Shown: positions 44,407 through 54,578 of the stretch, piece after piece
Position numbering within the stretch: position 1 is the stretch's first letter
Layout of the letters: every line of letters starts with the position of its first letter
Sequence record: PZ445488.1
Strand: one strand, 5' to 3'
DNA length: 64,000 nt
Source of the DNA: a phage
The notes under the pieces: generated by a model
What the model saw: the letters and a program-made list of their open reading frames with translations, nothing else
Database searches by the model: none
What the model was told of the DNA's origin: nothing
Made by a program: the position numbers and the translations under genes

Positions 44407-44413
44407 GTATTAT

Positions 44414-44421
44414 TATTTATA
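44414..44421 (-). promoter_or_regulatory. T4-type late promoter TATAAATA for gene 4
   Basis: Exact TATAAATA on minus strand ~27 nt upstream of gp4 ATG. Confidence 0.5.
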
Positions 44422-44448
44422 CCAATTTAATATTGGAAGGAGACTATT

Positions 44449-45024
44449 TTGTTATTTACATTCTTCGACCCAATAGGATATAGTGCTAAAACAGTTGATA
44501 AGAATGCACCTACTATTCCTATGACAGACATATTTCGTAACTATAAAGAGTACTTTAAACGTGTTGCTGCCAATTATAGATTACGTTCTTATTACATTAA
44601 AGGCTCTCCACGTCCTGAAGAACTAGCAAACATAATTTATGGCAACCCTCAATTATACTGGGTCCTTTTGATGTGTAATGATAACTATGATCCGTATTAT
44701 GGTTGGATTACATCTCAGGAAGCAGCGTATCAAGCGTCTATTCAGAAATATGCAAATGCTGGTGGAGACCAAATTCTTTACCATATTAACGAGAACCGTG
44801 AGAAATTTTACAATTTAGTTTCATATCCAGACGAGCCTTTAGTGTGGTATGATAAAGGTGATGAAGCTCGTAAGTATCCGCAATATAAAGGACCTTTAGC
44901 TGCAGTAGATACTTATGAAGCGGCAATATTAGATAATGAAAAACTTCGTAAAATAAAAATTGTTGCAAAAGAAGATATAAACTCGTTTATTACTGATTTG
45001 ATTCGTGAGATGGAGATTGCATAA
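44449..45024 (+). CDS. 53: baseplate wedge protein gp53 (apparent TTG start)
   Basis: 191 aa; MLFTFFDPIGYSAKTVDKNAPTIPMTDIFRNY...; GGAAGGAG SD 7 nt upstream of TTG. Confidence 0.8.
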   Translation: MLFTFFDPIGYSAKTVDKNAPTIPMTDIFRNYKEYFKRVAANYRLRSYYIKGSPRPEELANIIYGNPQLYWVLLMCNDNYDPYYGWITSQEAAYQASIQKYANAGGDQILYHINENREKFYNLVSYPDEPLVWYDKGDEARKYPQYKGPLAAVDTYEAAILDNEKLRKIKIVAKEDINSFITDLIREMEIA

Positions 45025-46760
45025 TGGAAATGATTAGCAGTAGCCTTAATTGGTTCGTGGGTGTTGTTGAGGACAGAATGGACCCATTAAAACAAGGGCG
45101 AGTTCGAGTTCGAGTCGTTGGTCTTCATCCAGCACAGAGAGCACAAGGTGATGTACAAGGTATTCCTACAGAAAAACTTCCGTGGATGACTGTTATTCAA
45201 CCTATTACGTCTGCATCAATTTCAGGTATTGGTGGTTCTGTTACAGGTCCTGTTGAAGGAACTCGAGTATATGGTCATTTCTTAGACAAATGGAAAACAA
45301 ACGGGATTGTACTTGGTACATACGGCGGAATCGTACGTGAAAAGCCTAATAGACTTGAAGGTTTTTCAGACCCGACTGGCCAATATCCGCGACGTTTAGG
45401 TAATGATACGAACGTATTAAACCAAGGTGGTGAAGCTGGTTATTATTCAAACTCTAACGTAATTCAAGATAACAACTTGGATTATGGTATAAACCCAGAT
45501 GATACAGATTTAGCAAATATTCCAGAAGATGATGACCCTAATTTTACAATAACAGAAATGTTACGTCGTGACGAAGGACTTCGTGATAAAGTGTATTGGG
45601 ACCATCTAGGGTATCCTACAGTAGGTATTGGACACCTTATCGTAATGGAAAAGACCCGAGATATGTCTCGAATTAATAAATTGTTATCTGATCAAGTAGG
45701 GCGTGAAGTAACAGGAAATCCCGGGACTATTACATTAGAAGAAGCAACAGCGTTATTTGAGAAAGACCTTGCTAAGATGCAGAAAGATATTCGTTCTAAT
45801 TCTAAAGTAGGTCCTGTTTATGCCAAAATGAATAGGTCTCGCCAAATGGCATTAGAAAACATGTGCTTCCAAATGGGTGTTGGCGGTGTAGCAAAATTCA
45901 ATACTATGCTTAAAGCAATGGCCGCAGGCGATTGGAAAACTGCATACAAATCTGGGCGTGATTCGTTATGGTTCCAACAGACTAAAGGACGTGCTTCACG
46001 CGTAACAACAATTATTTTAACTGGTAACATGGAATCATACGGTGTTCCTGTTAAAACACCACCTTCGCCTGGTGTTGGTGCCGATTTAGTTACTAGAAAT
46101 ACAGATCCAGAAGATCCGGCTAGTCCTCCTGTTCCATTAGATTCACGTATCCTTTTTAAAGAACCGGAATCAAGTTATCGTGGTGAATACCCGTATGTTC
46201 ATGCTATGGAAACAGAAAGCGGACATATCCAAGAGTTTGACGACACTCCAGGTAATGAACGTTATCGCTTAGTTCATCCAACAGGGTCATATGAGGAAGT
46301 TTCTCCATCCGGTCGTCGTACTCGTAAAACTGTAGAAGACCTTTTTGACATCACTAATGGCGATGGGAACTTCTTGATTTCTGGTGATAAACTTGTTAAC
46401 GTTGGTGCTAATGAAATATATTATAACATGGCAGACCGCCTCCATCAAATAGATGGCAGCGACACAATCTTTATTCGTGGTAACCAAACTAAAACTGTTG
46501 AAGGCGATGGAACTCTTTACGTTAAGGGCAATATCAAAATAGTTGTTGACGGAAATGCAGATATTCTTGTTAAAGGTGATGCTAAAACTCAGGTTGAAGG
46601 GAATCATGATTACACCGTCAACGGAAACGTTAAATGGACTGTTAATGGTAATGTTGATATGACTGTTGCCGGGAATTGGGCAGAAACAATGTCTACAATG
46701 AGCTCAGTAGCTTCAGGACAATACACAATTGATGGTAGCCGTGTGGATGTCGGGTTATAA
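45024..46760 (+). CDS. 5: baseplate hub subunit and tail lysozyme gp5
   Basis: 578 aa; N-terminal OB domain, central T4-lysozyme-like domain (GIGHLIV...), C-terminal VxGxxxxxx beta-helix repeats. Confidence 0.93.
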   Translation: MEMISSSLNWFVGVVEDRMDPLKQGRVRVRVVGLHPAQRAQGDVQGIPTEKLPWMTVIQPITSASISGIGGSVTGPVEGTRVYGHFLDKWKTNGIVLGTYGGIVREKPNRLEGFSDPTGQYPRRLGNDTNVLNQGGEAGYYSNSNVIQDNNLDYGINPDDTDLANIPEDDDPNFTITEMLRRDEGLRDKVYWDHLGYPTVGIGHLIVMEKTRDMSRINKLLSDQVGREVTGNPGTITLEEATALFEKDLAKMQKDIRSNSKVGPVYAKMNRSRQMALENMCFQMGVGGVAKFNTMLKAMAAGDWKTAYKSGRDSLWFQQTKGRASRVTTIILTGNMESYGVPVKTPPSPGVGADLVTRNTDPEDPASPPVPLDSRILFKEPESSYRGEYPYVHAMETESGHIQEFDDTPGNERYRLVHPTGSYEEVSPSGRRTRKTVEDLFDITNGDGNFLISGDKLVNVGANEIYYNMADRLHQIDGSDTIFIRGNQTKTVEGDGTLYVKGNIKIVVDGNADILVKGDAKTQVEGNHDYTVNGNVKWTVNGNVDMTVAGNWAETMSTMSSVASGQYTIDGSRVDVGL

Positions 46761-46778
46761 ATAATTCAGAGGTAAATT

Positions 46779-47240
46779 ATGAAGAAATCCAAAACCATAC
46801 AATTCCGTTACATTTATAAATCAACAGTAACCAACCCAAAGGGGTTGGTTCGAATATATATAGGAAAGCATGAATCCAGATATTTTAATCTAGAGGATGA
46901 TAATTACGTAGGAAGCGGGGATTATATACAAAAGATTAAAAACAAACCAGGCTATGCTATAGATTTCGAAATTATCGAATTCGTTTCAACACTCGATGTT
47001 TTAAATGAAAGAGAAAAATTTTGGATATCTGAATATAGAAAAACAGGCCAGTGTGTTAATATAAAAGACGGTGGAGATGGATTTTCTTCAAACGATTTAA
47101 AACGAATGTGGTCTAATCCTGAGTATCGAGAAACTCAACTTAAAGCTTTGGCAAAAGGAAAATCTACAAAAGAATTTTCAGAAAAATTTCAAAAATTAAT
47201 AAACTTAGATGTTCGGAATCTGAATATCGAAAGAAAATGA
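46779..47240 (+). CDS. GIY-YIG homing endonuclease, catalytic N-terminal part (frame 1 of split gene)
   Basis: RYIYKSTVTNPKGLVRIYIGKHES...YVGSG...EREKFWISEY = GIY-YIG motifs; C-terminus begins NUMOD-like repeats. Confidence 0.65.
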   Translation: MKKSKTIQFRYIYKSTVTNPKGLVRIYIGKHESRYFNLEDDNYVGSGDYIQKIKNKPGYAIDFEIIEFVSTLDVLNEREKFWISEYRKTGQCVNIKDGGDGFSSNDLKRMWSNPEYRETQLKALAKGKSTKEFSEKFQKLINLDVRNLNIERK

Positions 47241-47641
47241 GTAATGCGATGAAAACTGCTTTTGAAAATGATCCCACATTAAAAATTCGTATTTCTAATA
47301 CTGTCAAATCTTTATGGAAATCCGATGAATATAGAAACAAATTAATTAATCATCCAGGAAAAATAGAAGGAACGAAAAAATCCTGGAATAATCCTTTAAT
47401 AAGAAAATCAAGATTAGATACTAGAAATAAAAAACTAAGATCAGTTGAACCTTGGATTAGTATTGAAAAAGTCAAAAAACTTTGGGAGGATTTGGGAAAA
47501 CCTCATCCGCAGAAATATAAATGGTTTAGAGAAAAAGCAATTGAACATAATCTACCGGATGTAAGTTATAACGCAATTTTAAAAGCATTGAAAAAATGTG
47601 ATTATAAATTTACACCATTGGAGAATTCAATAATTGGCTAA
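47237..47641 (+). CDS. homing endonuclease C-terminal DNA-binding part (frame 2 of split gene)
   Basis: Repeated W-x-[SN]-x-E-Y-R-x-K-L-like modules; reading frame is open upstream of its ATG back to 47144. Confidence 0.5.
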   Translation: MSNAMKTAFENDPTLKIRISNTVKSLWKSDEYRNKLINHPGKIEGTKKSWNNPLIRKSRLDTRNKKLRSVEPWISIEKVKKLWEDLGKPHPQKYKWFREKAIEHNLPDVSYNAILKALKKCDYKFTPLENSIIG

Positions 47642-47675
47642 TATACTTCCTTTAAATACCGACTTAGGAGAAGAC

Positions 47676-48149
47676 ATGGAAGGGGCGTCTATTGACGTCC
47701 TTTTTACTCCACAGTTAGAAACAACCGAAACTTTAGTGTCAATAAATATAACAGATTATGAACCGACACAAGGCATTACGGTGGACGGTAATCGTTTATA
47801 TGGAACATATGAAAGTGTGTTTAGCTTTTCTTCTGATGCATTGAAATACCGATTAAATGATGATTTTGAAACCGCATCTTCATGGGATGATTTACCAAAA
47901 GATGAGTCAACACAGTTATATTTGTGGAGAGCTCCTCAGAATCTTCGTAAAGTGTTTAGTTATACGGTTGAAATGATTTATAACCACCAAGAAGAAAGTT
48001 CATCAGGCGGTTCTAGAAGTGACTCTGGTACAGAACCTCCACCGGCTCCAGTACAAAAAACTCTTACTAAGGTTTATACAAAAACTATAGTAGGAAATTG
48101 GAGCAAATGGGCTCATCAATTACGAAACTATGTTTATGTGAGGCCGTGA
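47676..48149 (+). CDS. hypothetical protein
   Basis: Track start is TTG; ATG at 47676 with AGGAG SD ([10 protein letters not shown]...). Confidence 0.5.
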   Translation: MEGASIDVLFTPQLETTETLVSINITDYEPTQGITVDGNRLYGTYESVFSFSSDALKYRLNDDFETASSWDDLPKDESTQLYLWRAPQNLRKVFSYTVEMIYNHQEESSSGGSRSDSGTEPPPAPVQKTLTKVYTKTIVGNWSKWAHQLRNYVYVRP

Positions 48150-48151
48150 AA

Positions 48152-48445
48152 ATGTCTGGTTTAAGTTACGACAAGTGCGTTACAACAGGTCATGAAGCAT
48201 GGCCTCCTACTGTAATAAATGCTTCCCAATCTAAAGTGTTCACCGGCGGTATTCCTGTTCTTGTGGCAGGAGACCAAATAACACCTCATACAGAAATTAA
48301 AAAACCATACGAGACTCATGGAGGTGTTACTGAACCTCGTACATCTAAAGTATACATCACCGGTAAAAAGGCCGTTCAAATGGCTGATCCAATTTCATGC
48401 GGTGATACTGTTTCTCAGGCCTCGTCAAAAGTCTTTATAAAATAG
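48152..48445 (+). CDS. 5.4: PAAR-repeat spike tip protein gp5.4
   Basis: 97 aa from ATG 48152: [21 protein letters not shown]...; near-identical to recalled T4 gp5.4. Confidence 0.85.
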   Translation: MSGLSYDKCVTTGHEAWPPTVINASQSKVFTGGIPVLVAGDQITPHTEIKKPYETHGGVTEPRTSKVYITGKKAVQMADPISCGDTVSQASSKVFIK

Positions 48446-48453
48446 GAATTAAA

Positions 48454-50424
48454 ATGGCAAACACTCCTGTAAATTATCAATTAGCCAGAACAGCGAATGC
48501 TATTCCCGAGATTTTTATCGGTGGTACATTTGCCGAAATCAAACAAAACATTATCGAATGGCTCAATGGGCAGAATGAATTTCTTGATTATGATTTTGAA
48601 GGTTCACGCTTAAATGTATTGTGCGACCTTTTAGCATATAATACTCTTTATATCCAACAGTTCAGTAATAGTGCAGTGTATGAAAGTTTTATGCGTACTG
48701 CAAACTTGCGTAGTTCTGTTGTACAAGCGGCTCAAGATAACGGATATCTGCCTTCATCTAAATCAGCAGCACAAACAGAAATTATGCTCACATGTACGGA
48801 TGCATTAAATAGAAACTATATCACTATTCCACGTGGTACTCGTTTCCTGGCGTATGCTAAAGGTACTTCTGTAAATCCATATAACTTTGTTTCCACCGAA
48901 GACGTCATTGTAGTTAAAGACAAAAATAATCAATATTTCCCACGTCTTAGGTTAGCTCAGGGACGTATTGTTCGCACTGAATTAACATTTGATAAATTAA
49001 AACCTATCATTATTCGTGATAAGAACATTGACCGTAATTTGGTTAAATTGTATGTTGACGGAGCAGAATGGATTAACTGGACTCGCAAATCGATGGTTCA
49101 TGCTGGTTCTACTTCAACCATTTATTATATGCGAGAAACTGTTGACGGGAACACTGAATTTTATTTTGGTGAAGGTGAAATCTCTATTAACACATCAGAA
49201 GGTGCTTTAACATCCAACTACATTGGTGGCCTTAAACCTGTCCAGGGTTCTAAAATCGTAATTGAATATATTTCTACTAATGGTGCTGAAGCAAATGGTG
49301 CAGTAGGATTCTCTTATGCTGATACATTAGCTAATATCACAGTTATTGGAATTAATGAAAACCCAAGTAATAACCCTGACTTCGTTGGTGCGGATGGTGG
49401 TGGCGACCCTGAAGATATTGAACGTATCCGTGAATTAGGTACAATTAAACGTGAAACTCAACAACGATGTGTGACTGCAACCGATTACGACACATTCGTC
49501 TCTGAACGATTTGGTTCTATTATTCAAGCGGTTCAGACATTTACGGATTCATCTAAGCCTGGGTACGCATTTATTGCTGCTAAACCTAAGTCTGGGTTAT
49601 ATTTGACTTCCGTCCAACGAGACGATATTAAAAATTATCTTAATGAGTATAACTTAGGGACGATAACTCCTGTTGTTATTTCTCCTGATTATTTGTTTAT
49701 TAAAATGAATATTCGCGTTACGTATGCATTGAACAAATTACAAGAATCTGAACAATGGTTAGAAGGCCAAATTATTAATAAAATCGACCGGTATTATATT
49801 GAAGACGTGGAAATTTTTAACTCGTCATTCGCAAAATCTAAAATGCTAACATATGTCGATGACGCAGATATTTCTATCATTGGTTCGTCTGCGACTATTC
49901 AAATGGTTCGCGAGGTACAGAACTTCTACAAAACACCTGAAATAGGTATTAAATACAATAACCAGATTAAAGATAGAACATTAGAATCTAACGTGTTTTC
50001 ATTTGATAGTTTACGCGTTGACCCTGAAACAGAAGCTACTATTAAATACGACGTTCGCATTGTAGGTTCAGATAGAAATGACCGTGGCATTGGACAAGTT
50101 ATCATTGGTCCGTTTGCAGATGGCGACGTTATAGAAAACGCTTATATTCAACCATATACTGGTGACGATTTTAATAAACTTCATGTTACGGACGGAAGAA
50201 ACAAATATTACTCTATAGGTGAAGTAAATTATCCGGCTGATTCAATTTATTGGAATATAGCTAAAATTGATTTAACTTCTGATAGGTTTGAAGTTCAAAC
50301 TATTGAACTCTATTCAGACCCAGCTGATGATGTTATCTTTACTAAAGACGGGTCATTAATTGTATTTGAAAATGACTTACGTCCACAATATTTAACCATA
50401 GATTTGGAGCCTATTTCACAATGA
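48454..50424 (+). CDS. 6: baseplate wedge protein gp6
   Basis: 656 aa; MANTPVNYQLARTANAIPEIF...; T4 gp6 size and order. Confidence 0.9.
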   Translation: MANTPVNYQLARTANAIPEIFIGGTFAEIKQNIIEWLNGQNEFLDYDFEGSRLNVLCDLLAYNTLYIQQFSNSAVYESFMRTANLRSSVVQAAQDNGYLPSSKSAAQTEIMLTCTDALNRNYITIPRGTRFLAYAKGTSVNPYNFVSTEDVIVVKDKNNQYFPRLRLAQGRIVRTELTFDKLKPIIIRDKNIDRNLVKLYVDGAEWINWTRKSMVHAGSTSTIYYMRETVDGNTEFYFGEGEISINTSEGALTSNYIGGLKPVQGSKIVIEYISTNGAEANGAVGFSYADTLANITVIGINENPSNNPDFVGADGGGDPEDIERIRELGTIKRETQQRCVTATDYDTFVSERFGSIIQAVQTFTDSSKPGYAFIAAKPKSGLYLTSVQRDDIKNYLNEYNLGTITPVVISPDYLFIKMNIRVTYALNKLQESEQWLEGQIINKIDRYYIEDVEIFNSSFAKSKMLTYVDDADISIIGSSATIQMVREVQNFYKTPEIGIKYNNQIKDRTLESNVFSFDSLRVDPETEATIKYDVRIVGSDRNDRGIGQVIIGPFADGDVIENAYIQPYTGDDFNKLHVTDGRNKYYSIGEVNYPADSIYWNIAKIDLTSDRFEVQTIELYSDPADDVIFTKDGSLIVFENDLRPQYLTIDLEPISQ

Positions 50425-53400
50425 CAGTAAAAGCGCCAGCAGTCACGAGTCTCAGATTATCTAAATTGTCCGCAAACCAAGTTCAAATTCGCTGGGATGA
50501 GGTTGGCGCTAATTTCTACTATTTTGTGGAAATAGCTGAGACCAAAACAGCTAACGGGGAAGTAATTCCACGTAATAGCTATAGATGGACTAATTTAGGA
50601 TATACCGCTGATAACAATTTCTTTGAGTCTGGTTTAAATTCATTAACAACATATATGATGCGTGTGGCTACAGCAGCGGAGGGATTTGAGCAGTCTGATT
50701 GGAGATATACCGAAGAGTTTGAAACATTTGAAATAAACGCTTATACATTCCAACATATGATTGAAATGCAATTAGCTAATGAGTTTATTTCTGAAAAATT
50801 TACAAAAAATAATACAAACTACGTTGATTTTAATAATGACACGATCATGGCAGCACTGATGAGCGAGTCGTTCCAATTTAGTCCTGCATACACCGATGTG
50901 TCATCGATTAGAAATTTTATAATTGGCGAAAATCAGTATCATGAAATCCAGGGGCATATCCAAGATGTATGTAAAGATATAAATCGAGTATATCTAATGG
51001 AATCTGAAGGAATTCTTTACCTTTTTGAAAGATTCCAACCTATTGTAAAAGTGTCTAATGATAAAGGCCAAACATGGAAAGCGGTTAAATTGCTTAATGA
51101 CCGTGTAGGATATCCACTTTCACGAACTGTATATTACCAATCAGAATATACGACGTATTTGCTCGGCTATGATAAGATTTTTTACGGGCGTAAATCATCC
51201 GATATTCGTTGGTCTGCTGATGATGTTCGTTTCAGTTCACAAGATGTAACATTTGCTAAAATCGGGGATCGATTAAATTTAGGTTTTGATGTAGAGATTT
51301 TCGGTACATACGCGTCATTACCAGGAAACGTATCACGTATTGCAGAAGCTATTACTTGTAATGATGACTATGTTTATATTGCGGCCAGAGATAAAGTTCG
51401 CTTCGTTAAAACCAGTAACGCTCCTATTGATTCAGATCCATTATCTCCGACCTATTCCGAACGGTTGTTTGAACCTGAGACGTTTACAATAACAGGCAAC
51501 CCTAAAGCAGTTTGTTATAAAATGGATTCTGTTGGTGGAAGAATATTCGCTCTTATTATTGGTGAAGTCGAAAACGTTAATGACGACCCAAGAACAAAGC
51601 CTATTTTAGATTCCGTTGATAAAGGTGTATACGTTTTAGACCATGACGCTGGAACATTTAAAAGGATATTTGGTAATACCGAAGAAGAACGCCGTCGTAT
51701 AGAACCGGCTTTCACCAATATGTCTACTGACGGTGTTGAGCTTTATATCTCTTCTAGTAATTTTAAATTTTTGGAATCTGATATTGTTGACGACCCAGAA
51801 ACGCAATCTAAGTATGGACTTTTAGGAGCAGTTAAGTACGAATATCCTAGAGAATGGCTCGCAGATAAACATTACCATATGATGATTTTCGCATCAAACG
51901 AAGAAAGTAATTGGGAAACTTTTTCACCAACTCCTATGCAGTATTATGCAGAACCTTTCTTTAGTTATTCTAGAAAATCAGGCACACGTTCTTGGATTAA
52001 TAACTCTGATAGAGCGGTAGTGATTTATTCTGATTTGCTTTACACAAAGGTAGTGGAAAGCCACCCTAGCACTTCACCTGATCGTAAAGTTCATGAATAC
52101 TGGAATGATGGCGATTGTAAGATTGTTATGCCGAATATAGAATTCACTGGATTTAAAAAATACGCATCTGGTATGTTGTTTTATAAATCATCAGGTGAAA
52201 TAATTTCATATTACGATTTTAGTTATCGTGTTAGAGATAACGTTTCTATAATTTGGAAGCCCACTAATGTATTTTTGACCTCCTCATTACAAAACCAAGA
52301 AAAAGAAACTTCTTGGGTTCCTGTTGAAGAGACAGGTCTAGCTGACCCGGATTTACGCCCATTACTCACTACAATGATGCCAGAGTCTTATCTGTTGGAT
52401 AATACAAACTTTGAAGCATTTTGTGAAGCGTATATTCAATATCTTTCTGATGGATACGGGACTCATTATAATAACTTATTGAATTTGATTAAAAATAAAT
52501 ACCCACGAGAAGAACACGCATGGGAATATCTTTGGTCCGAAATTTATAAACGGAACATTTATTTGAATGCTGAGAAACGTGATTTAGTTTCTAGGTTCTT
52601 TGAGTCCAGAAGTTATGATTTTTATTCTACTAAAGGAACTGAAGCGTCGTATAAGTTTTTGTTTAAAGTTCTTTATAACGAAGACGTTGAAGTGGAAATT
52701 GAGTCATCTGCTGGAACAGAGTACGATATCATAATTCAATCTGATTCTATAAGTGAAGATTTGGTTGGACAAACTATATACACCGCTACAGGTAGATGTA
52801 ATGTTACATATTTAGAAAGAAGCTATTCTAAAGGTAAATTACAATGGACTGTGACTATTCATAACCTTTTAGGTAGGCTTTTAGTCGGTCAAGAAGTAAA
52901 AGCCGAAAGACTAGCAGATTTTGAAGGTGAAATAGTTCGCGGTATTAAAGGTAAAGAACTTGCCCAAAACACTATCGATTATTTTAATCGTGGTAGAGCT
53001 TATTACGTCATGAAAATAAAGTCAAATCTTCCGTCCTCTCGTTGGAAATCTGACGTACTACGTTTTGTACATCCGGTAGGATTTGGATTTATTGCAATAA
53101 CCTTATTAACAATGTTTATTAATACAGGATTAACGCTTAAACATGTTGAAACTATTATTAATAAATATAAAAATTATAAGTGGGATTCCGGACTGCCTAC
53201 GGAATATGCAGACCGCGTCGCTCGTTTAGACCCTCAAGGTAATGTAGAATTCAATCCTGTTACAGGTGAAGTAATTTATGATGCTGGGCCTTATGCCGGT
53301 ATCGAATACCCTTTACCTGCAAATTATAACGAAGAAAATGATAACTCTATTTTCCAAGGACAATTACCGTCCGAACGACGCAAGCCAATGAGCCCATTAT

Positions 53401-53519
53401 TTGACGCATCAGGTACAACGTTCTCTAGATTTAGAGAGCTTGTTAATGAAAGATTGTTAGATAACGTGGGAAATCCTAGAGACCCGATTAATCCACCACA
53501 GGTTAAATTAGATGAATGA
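50421..53519 (+). CDS. 7: baseplate wedge protein gp7
   Basis: 1032 aa; MTVKAPAVTSLRLSKLSANQVQIRW...; same length as T4 gp7. Confidence 0.92.
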   Translation: MTVKAPAVTSLRLSKLSANQVQIRWDEVGANFYYFVEIAETKTANGEVIPRNSYRWTNLGYTADNNFFESGLNSLTTYMMRVATAAEGFEQSDWRYTEEFETFEINAYTFQHMIEMQLANEFISEKFTKNNTNYVDFNNDTIMAALMSESFQFSPAYTDVSSIRNFIIGENQYHEIQGHIQDVCKDINRVYLMESEGILYLFERFQPIVKVSNDKGQTWKAVKLLNDRVGYPLSRTVYYQSEYTTYLLGYDKIFYGRKSSDIRWSADDVRFSSQDVTFAKIGDRLNLGFDVEIFGTYASLPGNVSRIAEAITCNDDYVYIAARDKVRFVKTSNAPIDSDPLSPTYSERLFEPETFTITGNPKAVCYKMDSVGGRIFALIIGEVENVNDDPRTKPILDSVDKGVYVLDHDAGTFKRIFGNTEEERRRIEPAFTNMSTDGVELYISSSNFKFLESDIVDDPETQSKYGLLGAVKYEYPREWLADKHYHMMIFASNEESNWETFSPTPMQYYAEPFFSYSRKSGTRSWINNSDRAVVIYSDLLYTKVVESHPSTSPDRKVHEYWNDGDCKIVMPNIEFTGFKKYASGMLFYKSSGEIISYYDFSYRVRDNVSIIWKPTNVFLTSSLQNQEKETSWVPVEETGLADPDLRPLLTTMMPESYLLDNTNFEAFCEAYIQYLSDGYGTHYNNLLNLIKNKYPREEHAWEYLWSEIYKRNIYLNAEKRDLVSRFFESRSYDFYSTKGTEASYKFLFKVLYNEDVEVEIESSAGTEYDIIIQSDSISEDLVGQTIYTATGRCNVTYLERSYSKGKLQWTVTIHNLLGRLLVGQEVKAERLADFEGEIVRGIKGKELAQNTIDYFNRGRAYYVMKIKSNLPSSRWKSDVLRFVHPVGFGFIAITLLTMFINTGLTLKHVETIINKYKNYKWDSGLPTEYADRVARLDPQGNVEFNPVTGEVIYDAGPYAGIEYPLPANYNEENDNSIFQGQLPSERRKPMSPLFDASGTTFSRFRELVNERLLDNVGNPRDPINPPQVKLDE

Positions 53520-54516
53520 TTCAAGTGTTGTCTATCGTTCGATAGTTACTTCAAAATTTAGAACTGAAAAAATGTTGAATTTCTACAATTCAATAGGTGA
53601 TGGTGATAATAAAAACACCATCTTTATAACGTTTGGTCGGTCTGAACCATGGGCTGCTAATGAAAATGAGGTGGGCTTCGCCCCGCCGTATCCAACAGAC
53701 TCGGTTTTAGGCGTAACAGATATGTGGACTAACATGATGGGTTTAGTTAAAGTTATCCCATCTATGTTAGACTCGGTTATTCCTAGACGTGACTGGGGAG
53801 ATATTCGTTATCCAGACCCTTATACATTCAAAATAAATGATATAGTCGTATGTAATACAGCCCCTTATAATGCTACTGAAGTCGGTGCCGGGTGGTTAGT
53901 ATATCGTTGCGTAGATGTTCCTGATGTTGGGATGTGTTCTATTGAGTCTCTCGACAACAAAGAAGAATGTCTTAAATTAGGTGGTAAATGGACTCCGTCT
54001 GTTAGGTCTTTAACCCCTCCTGAAGGCCGTGGAGATGCTGAAGGGATTATCGAAGTTGGTGATGGATATATATGGGAGTATCTTTATGAGATTCCACCTG
54101 ATGTGTCTATAAACCGATGTACTAATGAATATATAGTCGTTCCATGGCCGGAAGAAGTTAAAGAAGACCCTGCTCGTTGGGGATACGAAAACAATCTAAC
54201 CTGGCAACAAGATGATTTTGGCCTTGTGTATAGAGTTAAAGCAAACATAATTCGTTTTAAAGCCTATTTAGACTCAGTTTATTTCCCTAATGCAGCACTG
54301 CCTGGTAATAAAGGATTTAGACAAATTTCTATTATCACAAACCCATTGGAAGCTAAACTCCGTCCTAATGACCCTAATATAAAAGCTGAAAAGGATTATT
54401 ATGACCCCAGAGATTTACAGCGTCATTCTGGTGAAATGATTTATATGGAAAACCGTCCACCTATTATTATGGCAATGGACCAAACCGAAGAGATCAATAT
54501 TTTGTTTATGTTCTAA
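53512..54516 (+). CDS. 8: baseplate wedge protein gp8
   Basis: 334 aa; same length and position as T4 gp8. Confidence 0.9.
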   Translation: MNDSSVVYRSIVTSKFRTEKMLNFYNSIGDGDNKNTIFITFGRSEPWAANENEVGFAPPYPTDSVLGVTDMWTNMMGLVKVIPSMLDSVIPRRDWGDIRYPDPYTFKINDIVVCNTAPYNATEVGAGWLVYRCVDVPDVGMCSIESLDNKEECLKLGGKWTPSVRSLTPPEGRGDAEGIIEVGDGYIWEYLYEIPPDVSINRCTNEYIVVPWPEEVKEDPARWGYENNLTWQQDDFGLVYRVKANIIRFKAYLDSVYFPNAALPGNKGFRQISIITNPLEAKLRPNDPNIKAEKDYYDPRDLQRHSGEMIYMENRPPIIMAMDQTEEINILFMF

Positions 54517-54520
54517 TTTA

Positions 54521-54538
54521 GGGAGACTTCGGTCTCCC
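54521..54538 (+). terminator. GGGAGAC-UUCG-GUCUCCC hairpin + U-rich tail between genes 8 and 9
   Basis: Perfect 7 bp stem, UUCG loop, followed by TTTCGTG then late promoter. Confidence 0.45.
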
Positions 54539-54545
54539 TTTCGTG

Positions 54546-54553
54546 TATAAATA
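54546..54553 (+). promoter_or_regulatory. T4-type late promoter TATAAATA upstream of gene 9
   Basis: Exact TATAAATA 26 nt upstream of gp9 ATG. Confidence 0.55.
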
Positions 54554-54578
54554 GTATAAACTATTAAGGATTAGCCAC

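Larger units (their letters stand above)
46779..47641 (+). mobile_element. free-standing Seg-like homing endonuclease locus between genes 5 and 5.4 (frameshifted or split)
   Basis: GIY-YIG domain plus NUMOD-like repeats distributed over two overlapping frames. Confidence 0.55.
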
